A stretch of 64,000 nucleotides of DNA, from positions 10,598-74,597 of IMG/VR virus record IMGVR_UViG_3300032224_000809; one strand, written 5' to 3'. This document shows positions 8,336-17,500 of this stretch, in pieces. Below the pieces are notes generated by a model. That model was not told the DNA's origin, made no database searches, and saw only the letters and a list, made by a program, of their open reading frames with translations. Position numbers and translations under genes: made by a program. Position 1 is the stretch's first letter. Every line of letters begins with the position of its first letter. The DNA comes from a virus.

Positions 8336-9691
8336 ATGGCAACTATTCGTAGAGGTGGTAAAGCAGGTAAATCTGCTAAGGCTGCAGTAAGTTTTTGGGG
8401 AGTAGCCCCAGGGCAACCTTACATCGTAAGCGTAGTCCCAGGTTTTGGTGGAGCATATTTCTCATCAACAGCCGTGATTACATTCAATAAGAATGCTATG
8501 GGTGCCACTCCTTCTTCTTATACAATTTTCGCTAACTCAGTATATGGAACTACTACATTCACAGCAACGTCTTCACCATTTACAGTTACAGGTTTAAGAG
8601 CAGGTACAGCATACGCATTCACAATTCTTGCAAATGCTCCAGTTGGTCAGGCAGCAACAGCAACAACATCTGTAGCGTCTTCACAGAGTAACGCAGATAT
8701 AAAGTCTGTTCCTGATGCTCCAACAGGAGTTACAGCATCATCACCATCAGGTGCAACATATGACACAGTGTCATGGTCAGCACCAGCAGATAACGGTGGA
8801 GAAGCAATTACTAACTATCAGATTGAATCTTCTGACGGAAAGTCTGCTACAGTAAATGCTCTTACAACAAATATTGCACAAGAAGCAGGAACAGCACAGA
8901 CATACCGTGTTAGAGCCTACAATGCTCAGGGTTGGTCAGAATGGTCTGCATGGTCAGCATCTGTTACAACATTCTCATTTGTGCCGTTCTCAGTATTCGG
9001 ATTCTCCCCATTCGGAGTATTTGGATTCTCACCATTCGGCGTGTTCGGATTCTCTCCATTCGGATTCTCTCCGTTCGGTGTATTCGGATTCTCTCCGTTC
9101 GGTGTATTTGGGTTCTCACCATTTGGTTTCTCACCATTCGGAGTATTTGGATTCTCACCATTCGGTGTATTCGGATTCTCTCCAGGAGGAGGATGTATTG
9201 CTCCTGATACACTAGTATCAGTTGTTGGTCCAGAAGACACATACATTCAGATTCCTGCAAAGGATGTTGTTACTGGACAAGAAGTATGGGCACACTCATT
9301 TGATGAAATGATAGATGAAACTGTTGCTGATCCAATGACACTTGCTTTTGATAAATTGACAAACCAAGCAATTGTTAAGACAAACGTTGCATCTGTTGTT
9401 GAAAAAGAAATGCCAGCAACATTGACAATTAACGGGGACTCAACAAAGAAGTATTCAACTGTACAGGGAATTCTATATAAGCGTAATGGAATCTATGGAT
9501 ACATTAGTACAGGACTTCTAGAAGTTGGAGACTATGTAATGGAATATGATTACAATTTTCATGCTTTCAATGAGATTCTAGTAACATCAATTGAAATTGA
9601 TGAAACTCCATCAACAGTTTATAAGTTTGACATGGAACCAGCAGATACATTTATTGCTGGAAACATGGTAGTACACAATCGTAAGTCATGA
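8336..9691 (+). CDS. FN3-FN3, Phe/Gly-rich repeat, C-terminal Hint domain protein (probably virion-associated)
   Basis: Two FN3 domains (VTGLRAGTAYAFTI; PDAPTGV..VSWSAPADNGG..YRVRAYN..GWSEWS). GGG|CIAPDTLV (Cys at 9194), ending FIAGNMVVHN-RKS-stop. AAGGAG RBS. Confidence 0.85.
   Translation: MATIRRGGKAGKSAKAAVSFWGVAPGQPYIVSVVPGFGGAYFSSTAVITFNKNAMGATPSSYTIFANSVYGTTTFTATSSPFTVTGLRAGTAYAFTILANAPVGQAATATTSVASSQSNADIKSVPDAPTGVTASSPSGATYDTVSWSAPADNGGEAITNYQIESSDGKSATVNALTTNIAQEAGTAQTYRVRAYNAQGWSEWSAWSASVTTFSFVPFSVFGFSPFGVFGFSPFGVFGFSPFGFSPFGVFGFSPFGVFGFSPFGFSPFGVFGFSPFGVFGFSPGGGCIAPDTLVSVVGPEDTYIQIPAKDVVTGQEVWAHSFDEMIDETVADPMTLAFDKLTNQAIVKTNVASVVEKEMPATLTINGDSTKKYSTVQGILYKRNGIYGYISTGLLEVGDYVMEYDYNFHAFNEILVTSIEIDETPSTVYKFDMEPADTFIAGNMVVHNRKS
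8972..9184 (+). repeat. Coding repeat FSFVPFSV-(FGFSP-FGVFGFSP-FGVFGFSP)x3
   Basis: Read directly: nine FSP units, with synonymous codon variation between copies. Confidence 0.95.
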
Positions 9692-9696
9692 TGTAA

Positions 9697-10413
9697 TTGC
9701 TTTACCATCATCATGCGCCAAGGACTTCAGGCCTATTCATTAGATCTGCGGTCCATTTGGCTTTTCAGACCAATAAACTAAAATCAGCAATTGTTTATCA
9801 TGATAGGGCCATTAGTCCAGACATGTTTAAAGATGTTGAGTTTATTTCTGGACACTTAGGGAACTATCCTAATCTATTTATTAAAGATTTAAAATCTTTT
9901 ACAATATTAAGAGATCCAGTTGAGAGGTTTATTAGTTGGTTCTTTTTCATGTATGAAAACTCCAGAAGTTTTGAGGAACTTGAAAAAATATTTGACCAGT
10001 GGCTATATAACCCAGAGATATATCCATACCTTTCAGACATGCAAACAAAATTTTTGACGGGAACTGTAGATGAAGCAGGATTTAACAGCACTAAAAGCAT
10101 AATGGATAAAACCATGAATGAGTGGTTTCTTAAAGATTATTCGTTTGATGAGTCAGTAATGCAGGACAAAGTTGACTCTATTGGTTGTTATACAGTGGAG
10201 ACCAGAGATATACTATTAGATGACATAATTAGGTATATGGGTAAAACATATGGCTTTGTCCCAAACTTTCAGCACAGACATATGATGTTTAACTCAAGCA
10301 CATCTAAAAGGTTTGACATAACTGATAAAATGATTAACAGGATTAAAGAACTAAACCAGCATGATATAATTTTATATGAGATGGCAAAAAAGTCTAATCC
10401 AAAGCCACTTTAA
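9697..10413 (+). CDS. Sulfotransferase (Sulfotransfer_2-like)
   Basis: HAPRTSG 5'-PSB-like motif, FISGH, ILRDPVERFIS 3'-PB-like motif, LNQHDIILYE. Confidence 0.8.
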   Translation: MLYHHHAPRTSGLFIRSAVHLAFQTNKLKSAIVYHDRAISPDMFKDVEFISGHLGNYPNLFIKDLKSFTILRDPVERFISWFFFMYENSRSFEELEKIFDQWLYNPEIYPYLSDMQTKFLTGTVDEAGFNSTKSIMDKTMNEWFLKDYSFDESVMQDKVDSIGCYTVETRDILLDDIIRYMGKTYGFVPNFQHRHMMFNSSTSKRFDITDKMINRIKELNQHDIILYEMAKKSNPKPL

Positions 10414-10419
10414 GCAATA

Positions 10420-10428
10420 TGGTATACT
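10420..10428 (+). promoter_or_regulatory. Extended -10 promoter TGGTATACT
   Basis: Intergenic, upstream of 10454. Confidence 0.55.
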
Positions 10429-10453
10429 AGTATAAATAGCAAAGGGAGCAGTA

Positions 10454-11119
10454 ATGAACATGAATCAATATCCAACCGATATTCAGAGTGTGAGCAAGTC
10501 CACTCAGCCACATAAGTTTTTTGAAAGATATCTTAACAATAACCTATCGGTCCTAGCATCAGAACTACAGGATAGATATGAAAAGATTGAAAAAGCAAAA
10601 GTTGTAGGCGTAACTCCAGTAGGTGCTAACGAAGCCTGGAAGCAGTCAAATAGTGTATCAACAATGAAGTGGAGACAGTATAATGTTTTCCAATTCCACT
10701 CAACTGGTATTTATAATTTGTACAAATCGGTAAAAGATATGACAATTGAAGCATGCGACTACTACGGTATTGATTTTGAAAAAGAAAAGTTTATGCTTCA
10801 GGGATGGTTTAATATTACTCATGCTGGTAAGGGTAAACTTGATTGGCATGATCATGGTCCAACTGGTGCTCCAAACTTTCATGGGTACTACTCTGTAAGT
10901 GCAGAGCCTTCAATTACCTACTACAAGGTTTTTGATAAGGAGATTGAGAATCATAACAAGAATGATCGTGCAATCCTTTCTGAAATGGGGCATCCACACT
11001 CTATGGCCGATTGGGACTGGGAAGGTCCAAGAATTACAGTTGCCTATGACGTTATTCCATTAAGAGATATTCAAAAGTTTGGAATGGATCAAGAGCAACA
11101 TTGGATTCCACTAGCATGA
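10454..11119 (+). CDS. Putative 2OG-Fe(II) oxygenase (TIGR02466-like DSBH)
   Basis: GWFNI...WHDH...HGYY...HS...RITVAYD pattern. Confidence 0.7.
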   Translation: MNMNQYPTDIQSVSKSTQPHKFFERYLNNNLSVLASELQDRYEKIEKAKVVGVTPVGANEAWKQSNSVSTMKWRQYNVFQFHSTGIYNLYKSVKDMTIEACDYYGIDFEKEKFMLQGWFNITHAGKGKLDWHDHGPTGAPNFHGYYSVSAEPSITYYKVFDKEIENHNKNDRAILSEMGHPHSMADWDWEGPRITVAYDVIPLRDIQKFGMDQEQHWIPLA

Positions 11120-11751
11120 TAGCAATGGCAAAACCAAGTCACAAGTTTTTTGAAAGACATTTAAGTCTAGATCTTCCAAAACTCGAAACATCTCTTTTGA
11201 GTCTTAAAGAAAGACTTTCTTCTGAAAATGTTCCAGGGGTAAAAAATAAAGACTATGAGTCAGTAGATAAAGCATCATTTACTACTCAACTAGGAGAGAA
11301 GTATAATATCTTTCAGTTTCATGATGAGAATATTAGAGCACTTTATTCTTCAATTAGAGACATGGTTTTAGAAGCCTGTGACTACTATGGTATTAATGCT
11401 AAAGATCAAAACTATATGATTCAGGGATGGTTTAATGCTGATAAAAATAGCAAGCCAGAGCCACTACCAAATACATATCTTCATGACCATTTAAACGGTC
11501 AAGGAGCACCAGATTTTCATGGATACTACTGCGTTAATGCAGAGCCTTCATATACAAAGTATATGATTTCAGGAGAGACAGAGTTTTTGAATGTTAATGT
11601 TAATAACCGTGCAATCCTTTCTGAAACTGGACATGCTCATGGTATTAGCAACTGGCCTTTTGAAAAAGACAGAATCACAATTGCTTATGATGTGTCTCCA
11701 TTGCAAAATATGAAAGGCTCACCAGAACAGCATTGGGTTCCAATCCTATGA
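11116..11751 (+). CDS. Putative 2OG-Fe(II) oxygenase, tandem paralog of 10454
   Basis: Shares HKFFER, YNxFQFH, EACDYYGI, QGWFN, HDH, FHGYY, RITxAYD and EQHW with 10454. ATGA overlap at 11116. Confidence 0.7.
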   Translation: MIAMAKPSHKFFERHLSLDLPKLETSLLSLKERLSSENVPGVKNKDYESVDKASFTTQLGEKYNIFQFHDENIRALYSSIRDMVLEACDYYGINAKDQNYMIQGWFNADKNSKPEPLPNTYLHDHLNGQGAPDFHGYYCVNAEPSYTKYMISGETEFLNVNVNNRAILSETGHAHGISNWPFEKDRITIAYDVSPLQNMKGSPEQHWVPIL

Positions 11752-11891
11752 TTAAAAACTTTATTCGTCATCTATTAGGATACAGATCAATAGTACAAAA
11801 ATGTCCTGTAACTGGAATAGAACAAACTATAACATTTAATAAACTTACTAAAAAAACAAAAGATGCACACAGAGGTATGAGTTTTAACTAA
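11748..11891 (+). CDS. Small protein (47 aa) with KCPVTG motif
   Basis: Below the ORF-track cutoff. ATGA overlap; MIKNFIRHLLGYRSIVQKCPVTGIEQ...MSFN. Confidence 0.55.
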   Translation: MIKNFIRHLLGYRSIVQKCPVTGIEQTITFNKLTKKTKDAHRGMSFN

Positions 11892-11936
11892 CTCTCAATA
11901 ACACCTTTAGGTAGAGTTTTGTTTTTTTGAAAACTC

Positions 11937-11945
11937 TGCTATACT
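11937..11945 (+). promoter_or_regulatory. Extended -10 promoter TGCTATACT of nrdJ, with an adjacent inverted repeat
   Basis: Motif match; AGAGTTTT/AAAACTCT inverted repeat at 11913-11937. Confidence 0.55.
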
Positions 11946-11980
11946 TAACACTTAATCCGTTTTTGAAAGGACGATAATAC

Positions 11981-14011
11981 ATGTCAGATTTCTTTAGTTT
12001 TAGGCTTCCAGAAGACTTTGTTGAAAAATATAAAAGCGTTGAAAGCCCTTTTGGCTTTAAAGATGCAGCAGAGAATTCACTTGGAGAGATCACCTTTATC
12101 AGGACATACTCCAGAATGAAAGAAGATGGAACTAAAGAGCGATGGCACGAAGTTTGTCGTCGAGTAATCGAGGGTATGTATTCAGTTCAAAAGAATCATG
12201 CTAAAGAGAACCGTTTACCCTGGAATGATTATAAGGCTCAGAAATCTGCACAAGAGGCTTTTGATAGAATGTTTAATTTAAAGTGGACTCCACCAGGACG
12301 TGGTATGTGGGCTTTTGGTACTCCCATGGTTATGGAAAAGAAAAATTCAGCAGCACTTCAAAATTGTGCAATGGTTTCAACAAAGGACCTTGACAAAAAT
12401 GATCCAGGGGCTTTGTTTGCTTGGGTTATGGATGCCCTTATGCTTGGTATTGGTGTAGGATTTGATACAGTTGGACAGGATAAGAATTTCTCAATCTATG
12501 CCCCGACAGAACCTGAACAGGTGTTTGAAATTCCAGACACTCGTGAAGGCTGGGTCGAGTCAGTTAGAATTCTTATCAACTCCTATTTAAGAGCAAATCA
12601 AAGTATTCAAAAGTTTAACTACGACCTCATCAGACCCCTTGGTTCGGCCATTAAGGGCTTTGGAGGCGTTGCATCAGGGCCTGCACCTCTTATCAAGTTG
12701 CATGACCATATAGACCGTGTAATCGGCTCCAGAGCAGGTGAAACACTAGACTCTCGTGCCATTGTAGATTTAGTAAATCTTATTGGTACTTGCGTAGTAT
12801 CAGGCAACGTTCGCAGATCCGCAACCCTTGCCTTGGGGAGTGAGGGGGATGAAACATTCATGAACTTAAAGAATTCAGAAATGTTCCCAGAGCGTAATTC
12901 ATTTGATTCAGATAATCCAGGATGGGCATGGATGTCTAATAATTCTATTTCAGCAGAAGTAGGAACAAAGTATGAAGACTATGTAGATTTAATTACAGAA
13001 AACGGAGAACCAGGTTTTATCTGGCTTGACGTTGCTCGTAATTATGGCAGACTAAAGGATGCGCCAGATGGAAAAGACTATCGTGTGATGGGCTTTAATC
13101 CATGTGCGGAGCAGCCATTAGAGTCTTACGAATTATGTACACTTGTAGAAGTGCATTTAAATCGTCATGACTCTAAGGAGGATTTCCTGCGTACCCTGAA
13201 GTTTGCATACCTATATGGAAAAACTGTAACTCTTGTTCCAACACATTGGCAACAGACAAACGGAATTATGCAACGTAATCGTCGCATTGGTACATCGCTC
13301 ACAGGCATTGCATCTTTTGCAGATCTAAAGGGCTTGCCAACAGTTCGTGAATGGATGGATGAGGGATATAACAAAATTCGTCATTACGACAATCAGTATT
13401 CTGAATGGCTATGTGTTCGTGAATCAATTCGTGTAACAACAGTCAAGCCATCAGGATCAGTTTCAATTCTTTCTGGTGCAACTCCTGGAGTTCACTGGGG
13501 TCCTGGAGGAGAGTTCTTCCTTCGTGCTATTCGTTTTGGAAATACAGATCCAATGGTTCATTTGTTTAAAGCAGCGGGATACAAGATTGAAAATGATGTA
13601 GTGTCAGCAAATACATCCGTAGTATATTTCCCAATTAAGTCAGGTCATCCAAGATCTGAAAAAGATGTTACTTTATTTGAGAAGATTGCTCTTGCAGCAA
13701 CTGCTCAGAAGTACTGGTCTGATAATGGGGTTTCTGTAACACTTTCATTTGACAAGGAAACAGAGTCAAAGCATGTTGTTCCAGCACTACATATGTACGA
13801 GGGACAATTAAAGGCAGTATCATTCCTTCCAATGGGAAATCACACATACCCACAACAACCATATACTCAGATCTCTGAACAGGAGTATAATAGTCACGTA
13901 GGTAAGTTAAAGCATATTGACTTTGGGGCAATTTACGATGGTGTAGACAACCTAGAAGCAATGGGCGAGGCATACTGTACAACAGACTACTGCGAGATAA
14001 AGGTGAAATAA
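11981..14011 (+). CDS. nrdJ: Class II (adenosylcobalamin-dependent) ribonucleotide reductase, RTPR-like
   Basis: TPPGRGMW, LQNC, GNVRRSA, NPCAEQ, TTVKPSG, C-terminal YCTTDYC. No beta-subunit gene nearby. Confidence 0.93.
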   Translation: MSDFFSFRLPEDFVEKYKSVESPFGFKDAAENSLGEITFIRTYSRMKEDGTKERWHEVCRRVIEGMYSVQKNHAKENRLPWNDYKAQKSAQEAFDRMFNLKWTPPGRGMWAFGTPMVMEKKNSAALQNCAMVSTKDLDKNDPGALFAWVMDALMLGIGVGFDTVGQDKNFSIYAPTEPEQVFEIPDTREGWVESVRILINSYLRANQSIQKFNYDLIRPLGSAIKGFGGVASGPAPLIKLHDHIDRVIGSRAGETLDSRAIVDLVNLIGTCVVSGNVRRSATLALGSEGDETFMNLKNSEMFPERNSFDSDNPGWAWMSNNSISAEVGTKYEDYVDLITENGEPGFIWLDVARNYGRLKDAPDGKDYRVMGFNPCAEQPLESYELCTLVEVHLNRHDSKEDFLRTLKFAYLYGKTVTLVPTHWQQTNGIMQRNRRIGTSLTGIASFADLKGLPTVREWMDEGYNKIRHYDNQYSEWLCVRESIRVTTVKPSGSVSILSGATPGVHWGPGGEFFLRAIRFGNTDPMVHLFKAAGYKIENDVVSANTSVVYFPIKSGHPRSEKDVTLFEKIALAATAQKYWSDNGVSVTLSFDKETESKHVVPALHMYEGQLKAVSFLPMGNHTYPQQPYTQISEQEYNSHVGKLKHIDFGAIYDGVDNLEAMGEAYCTTDYCEIKVK

Positions 14012-14541
14012 TGGAGGACTACGTGTCACAGATACATCACATTAAAGGTTTTATGAATGCAGATGATGCTGCAAAGATTTATGATCATGCAAAAAAATTT
14101 CCTGATGGGTTTACAATGCATGGAAATAATGAAAAAGAATTTAAGGTCTATACGTATCATGGAATTGAAGCAAATGATCCAGCAATCTTAGAGTTAATGC
14201 AAGAGTATGCCTTAAAAGTTTATGATCATGTTTTGACAACCTATGGAGAATCTTTTGAACCATTTAATCCTCACAAGACGCATATTGCAAAGTTTGAAGA
14301 AGGTCATGGAATGCATGAGCATTTTGACTCTTCAAGACCAAACGACATAGCCACTCTTGTGTATTTAAATGATGACTATGAAGGTGGAGAAATTTATTTC
14401 CCAGATTATCAAATTTCCATTAAACCAGAGCCAGGAGATTTACTTTGTTTTCCAGATCAGCCTAGATATGTTCATGGGGTAAAAGAAATAATTTCTGGAA
14501 CAAGGTTCACAACACCACGTTGGTTTACCCGCATTGTGTGA
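14011..14541 (+). CDS. 2OG-Fe(II) oxygenase, prolyl-4-hydroxylase-like
   Basis: HEHFD, YLNDDYEGGEIYF, HGVKEIISGTRFT. Confidence 0.88.
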   Translation: MEDYVSQIHHIKGFMNADDAAKIYDHAKKFPDGFTMHGNNEKEFKVYTYHGIEANDPAILELMQEYALKVYDHVLTTYGESFEPFNPHKTHIAKFEEGHGMHEHFDSSRPNDIATLVYLNDDYEGGEIYFPDYQISIKPEPGDLLCFPDQPRYVHGVKEIISGTRFTTPRWFTRIV

Positions 14542-14562
14542 TAAAATAGACTAGGAGAACCT

Positions 14563-17500
14563 ATGTCTAACCCATCAAATATCTATGCAGAAAAGATTTA
14601 TTCTGAGCAGCCAACAGCAATGTGGTCGCTTGATGATACAGCAGACTACATTTCTTTTGTTAGTTCAGAGTTAAAAAGATCAGTACATCTTTGGGATATA
14701 GAAAACGGATCTGGAGTAGTTGGAACATCTGAAAATGAGCCATTCCCAGATAGTGTGGTTTCAAGTTTAAATGGTCAAATAAATAAGACATACGTTAAAG
14801 CAACTAGCCCAGACTTTGCTAAATTTACAGATTTTGATCAAGATCTAAAAGTATTCTCTATTGGCGCATACGTCTATTCTCCAAGCACGTATTTAAGTAG
14901 CATTGAAATTGGGTATGAGTATTCCGATTCTACATCTGGAACAACAGAATCTGTGTCTAAAGTATTTAACATTAACATAGGAGAGAAGTGGCTCAATGTT
15001 TCTGATACGTTTATAATTCCAAGACAGGATGTATATTTTAATCCGTTCATAAAAATATCCTATATTCCTGGCGGAGTAGTAAATGACTATAAGTTTTTGG
15101 TTAATGGTTTAACTGTTGGTCAATGGAATGAGGAGTTTAGTGCAAAATCTTTAGGTGTTACTAAGATTCAAGTTCCATCAACTGTTAGATTGTTAGCAGG
15201 TCATGATGCAATCGAAGCCCCTTCGTATGGATTGCAAAATGATCCAGGATATTATCTTGTAAATAATAATAGACTGCTTGCACAAAATTCTGGAATTCCA
15301 TTAGTTTTTGGATCATCAAATGTAACTCATATTGTTCAAAATAGTGATGGCTTGCCATCTTTTATATTTCCAGGATGTGGATTTTTAAATGAGTCTGGAA
15401 AATATGAAGAAAAAACTTTAGAGTTTTGGCTAAGAATTTTTGCAGATTGTTCGACTCCAAAAAGACTTGTTGGTCCAGTAGCATCAGAAGATGGTCTGTA
15501 TGCATATAAGAATAATTTAATTTTAAAGGTTGGTGAATATACTAAGTCATATGGAATAGATGAGTGGTATAGGCCAATGCTTGTTGACTTAAGAATGGGA
15601 ATAAATAATACAAGTCTATTGATTAATGGCGATGAGGTTATTTCAATTTCTATCGATATTGATACTATTTCTTTACCAGACAAAATTACAAAAATAGGAA
15701 ATACTTACTTTAATAATGACTGGATCGGGTTCTATTCATACGAAGAAGTTACTCAGTTTGATATTGATACAATTGCTATATATCCATACAAAGTCCCATC
15801 TTTGGTTGCAAAAAGAAGATTTGTGTACGGTCAGGGAGTTGAATATCCAGAAATTCTTAACTCCGCATATGGTGGCACATCTACTGTAATTGATTATCCA
15901 TTTTCTAAATACACCAATAACTATTCCTACCCAGACCAAGGATCTTGGGCAAGTGGATATTTCACAAACCTATCAGTAACAAATAATACTCTGTCAACTC
16001 CAAACTACAAGTTACCTGATTTTGTTTTTTCTAACAAAAGTTACGATAATTTTTATCTTGATAATTCTACAATTCAGAACGATAGCGATGGCAATTTTTT
16101 AACGTTGAGGCCTTCAGCAGGTTGGTCATCAACAGATGGATATATTCATTTTGATAAGTTAAATATTCTAACAGATAGAACAGAAGCAGTCTATGGAGTA
16201 TTTAAGATTGCAGAGCATAAAAGTTACGCTCAGGTTTTAATTCGAATTGAAGACTCCTCTAATGGAAATTATTTTTCTTTAGAGTTAGTTGGAGAAACTT
16301 TAAGGTATAAATTTAAAAATGGAGACAGTATTTCAACAGTGTACTCTGCAGAAGGAATTCTTACAGGATCTCTTTTTATTGCTGGAATTAGTATTGATAA
16401 ATTTATAGATGCTTTTGGAAGTAGTGCTGCTTCACTTTTTGGCAATAGGGCTGCTCTTTCAGTTTATATTGCTGGAACAAAAGAGTTTGCAAGCACTTTT
16501 AGTGGAAAAATATTTGGAATTCATTTTGCAAATAAAGACACCCTTGACTTAATATCATATGGCTTTTCAGATAGGGGCGTTCCATTAGATTATGAAAACG
16601 TATTTAATGACTATTCCACTGGCTCAGAAGTTGGAGAATCTGATTATGATGCACGGTTTTATAATACAAATTTTTGGTCAAGTTTGGCAGACGGGGGAAG
16701 TGTATCCTCTTACATATCTTCAAGAATTGGTTCAGTAGTAAGTTCATACTCTTTACTTCCTCAATATTTTATGGGGTCATTTAAAATTGATATTGGATGC
16801 CACGGATACTGGAAGACAACCCTGCCGTTAACCTATTTTGGTAAATATGTAAATGACTCATACGGGGATTCATATTATGATCTTGACTTTTTACAATTTA
16901 ATATTTCTGTTCCATCTCCAAGCAAGTTTGTTACAATTGAAAGCACTGGCTCTTGGAAATATGAAGACTTAAAACAAGCATACAGTAATGAAGAGTTTAA
17001 TAGTTATGCCTATTTAAATAATCAACTTTATACTAACTATAATGACTATTTAGACTTAAAAAACAGATCTGAAAAAACATATTCGTATGATACATCAGAA
17101 AATCCAATAAGAACTAGAGTAACCTTTGAATACACTGAGGCATCTGGTCAAACTCCAGACTCAGCATATGTTAACCAAATTGCACCAGATAAAAATGGAA
17201 CAGTAAGAGTAGGCTCAGAGTGGATAAATACAGCCTATGAGGTTGTTGATGGAATGATTATTTATCCACCATCTGACGTAAATTTTGAAGATGTGTCAAT
17301 CTCTGTTTCAGTAGATATGGTCACAAGATCAATGCTATCTTTGCCAATGTCAATAAAACAGTTACAGTTATCATCTCAGTCATTTAGCGAAGATGGCTTC
17401 AATCCTATTGGAACAAAGTTTGGAACAGATATTTATCCATATACAAAGTCTGGACTTTATTATGATTACAAAACTGCAAACCCATATAGCATTTATAAGA

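Noticed and set aside
8856-9260. Alternative-frame repeat ORFs (GENPNTPN, IRIL and similar)
   Set aside because: Shadows of the FG repeat. The FN3-to-Hint frame is continuous.
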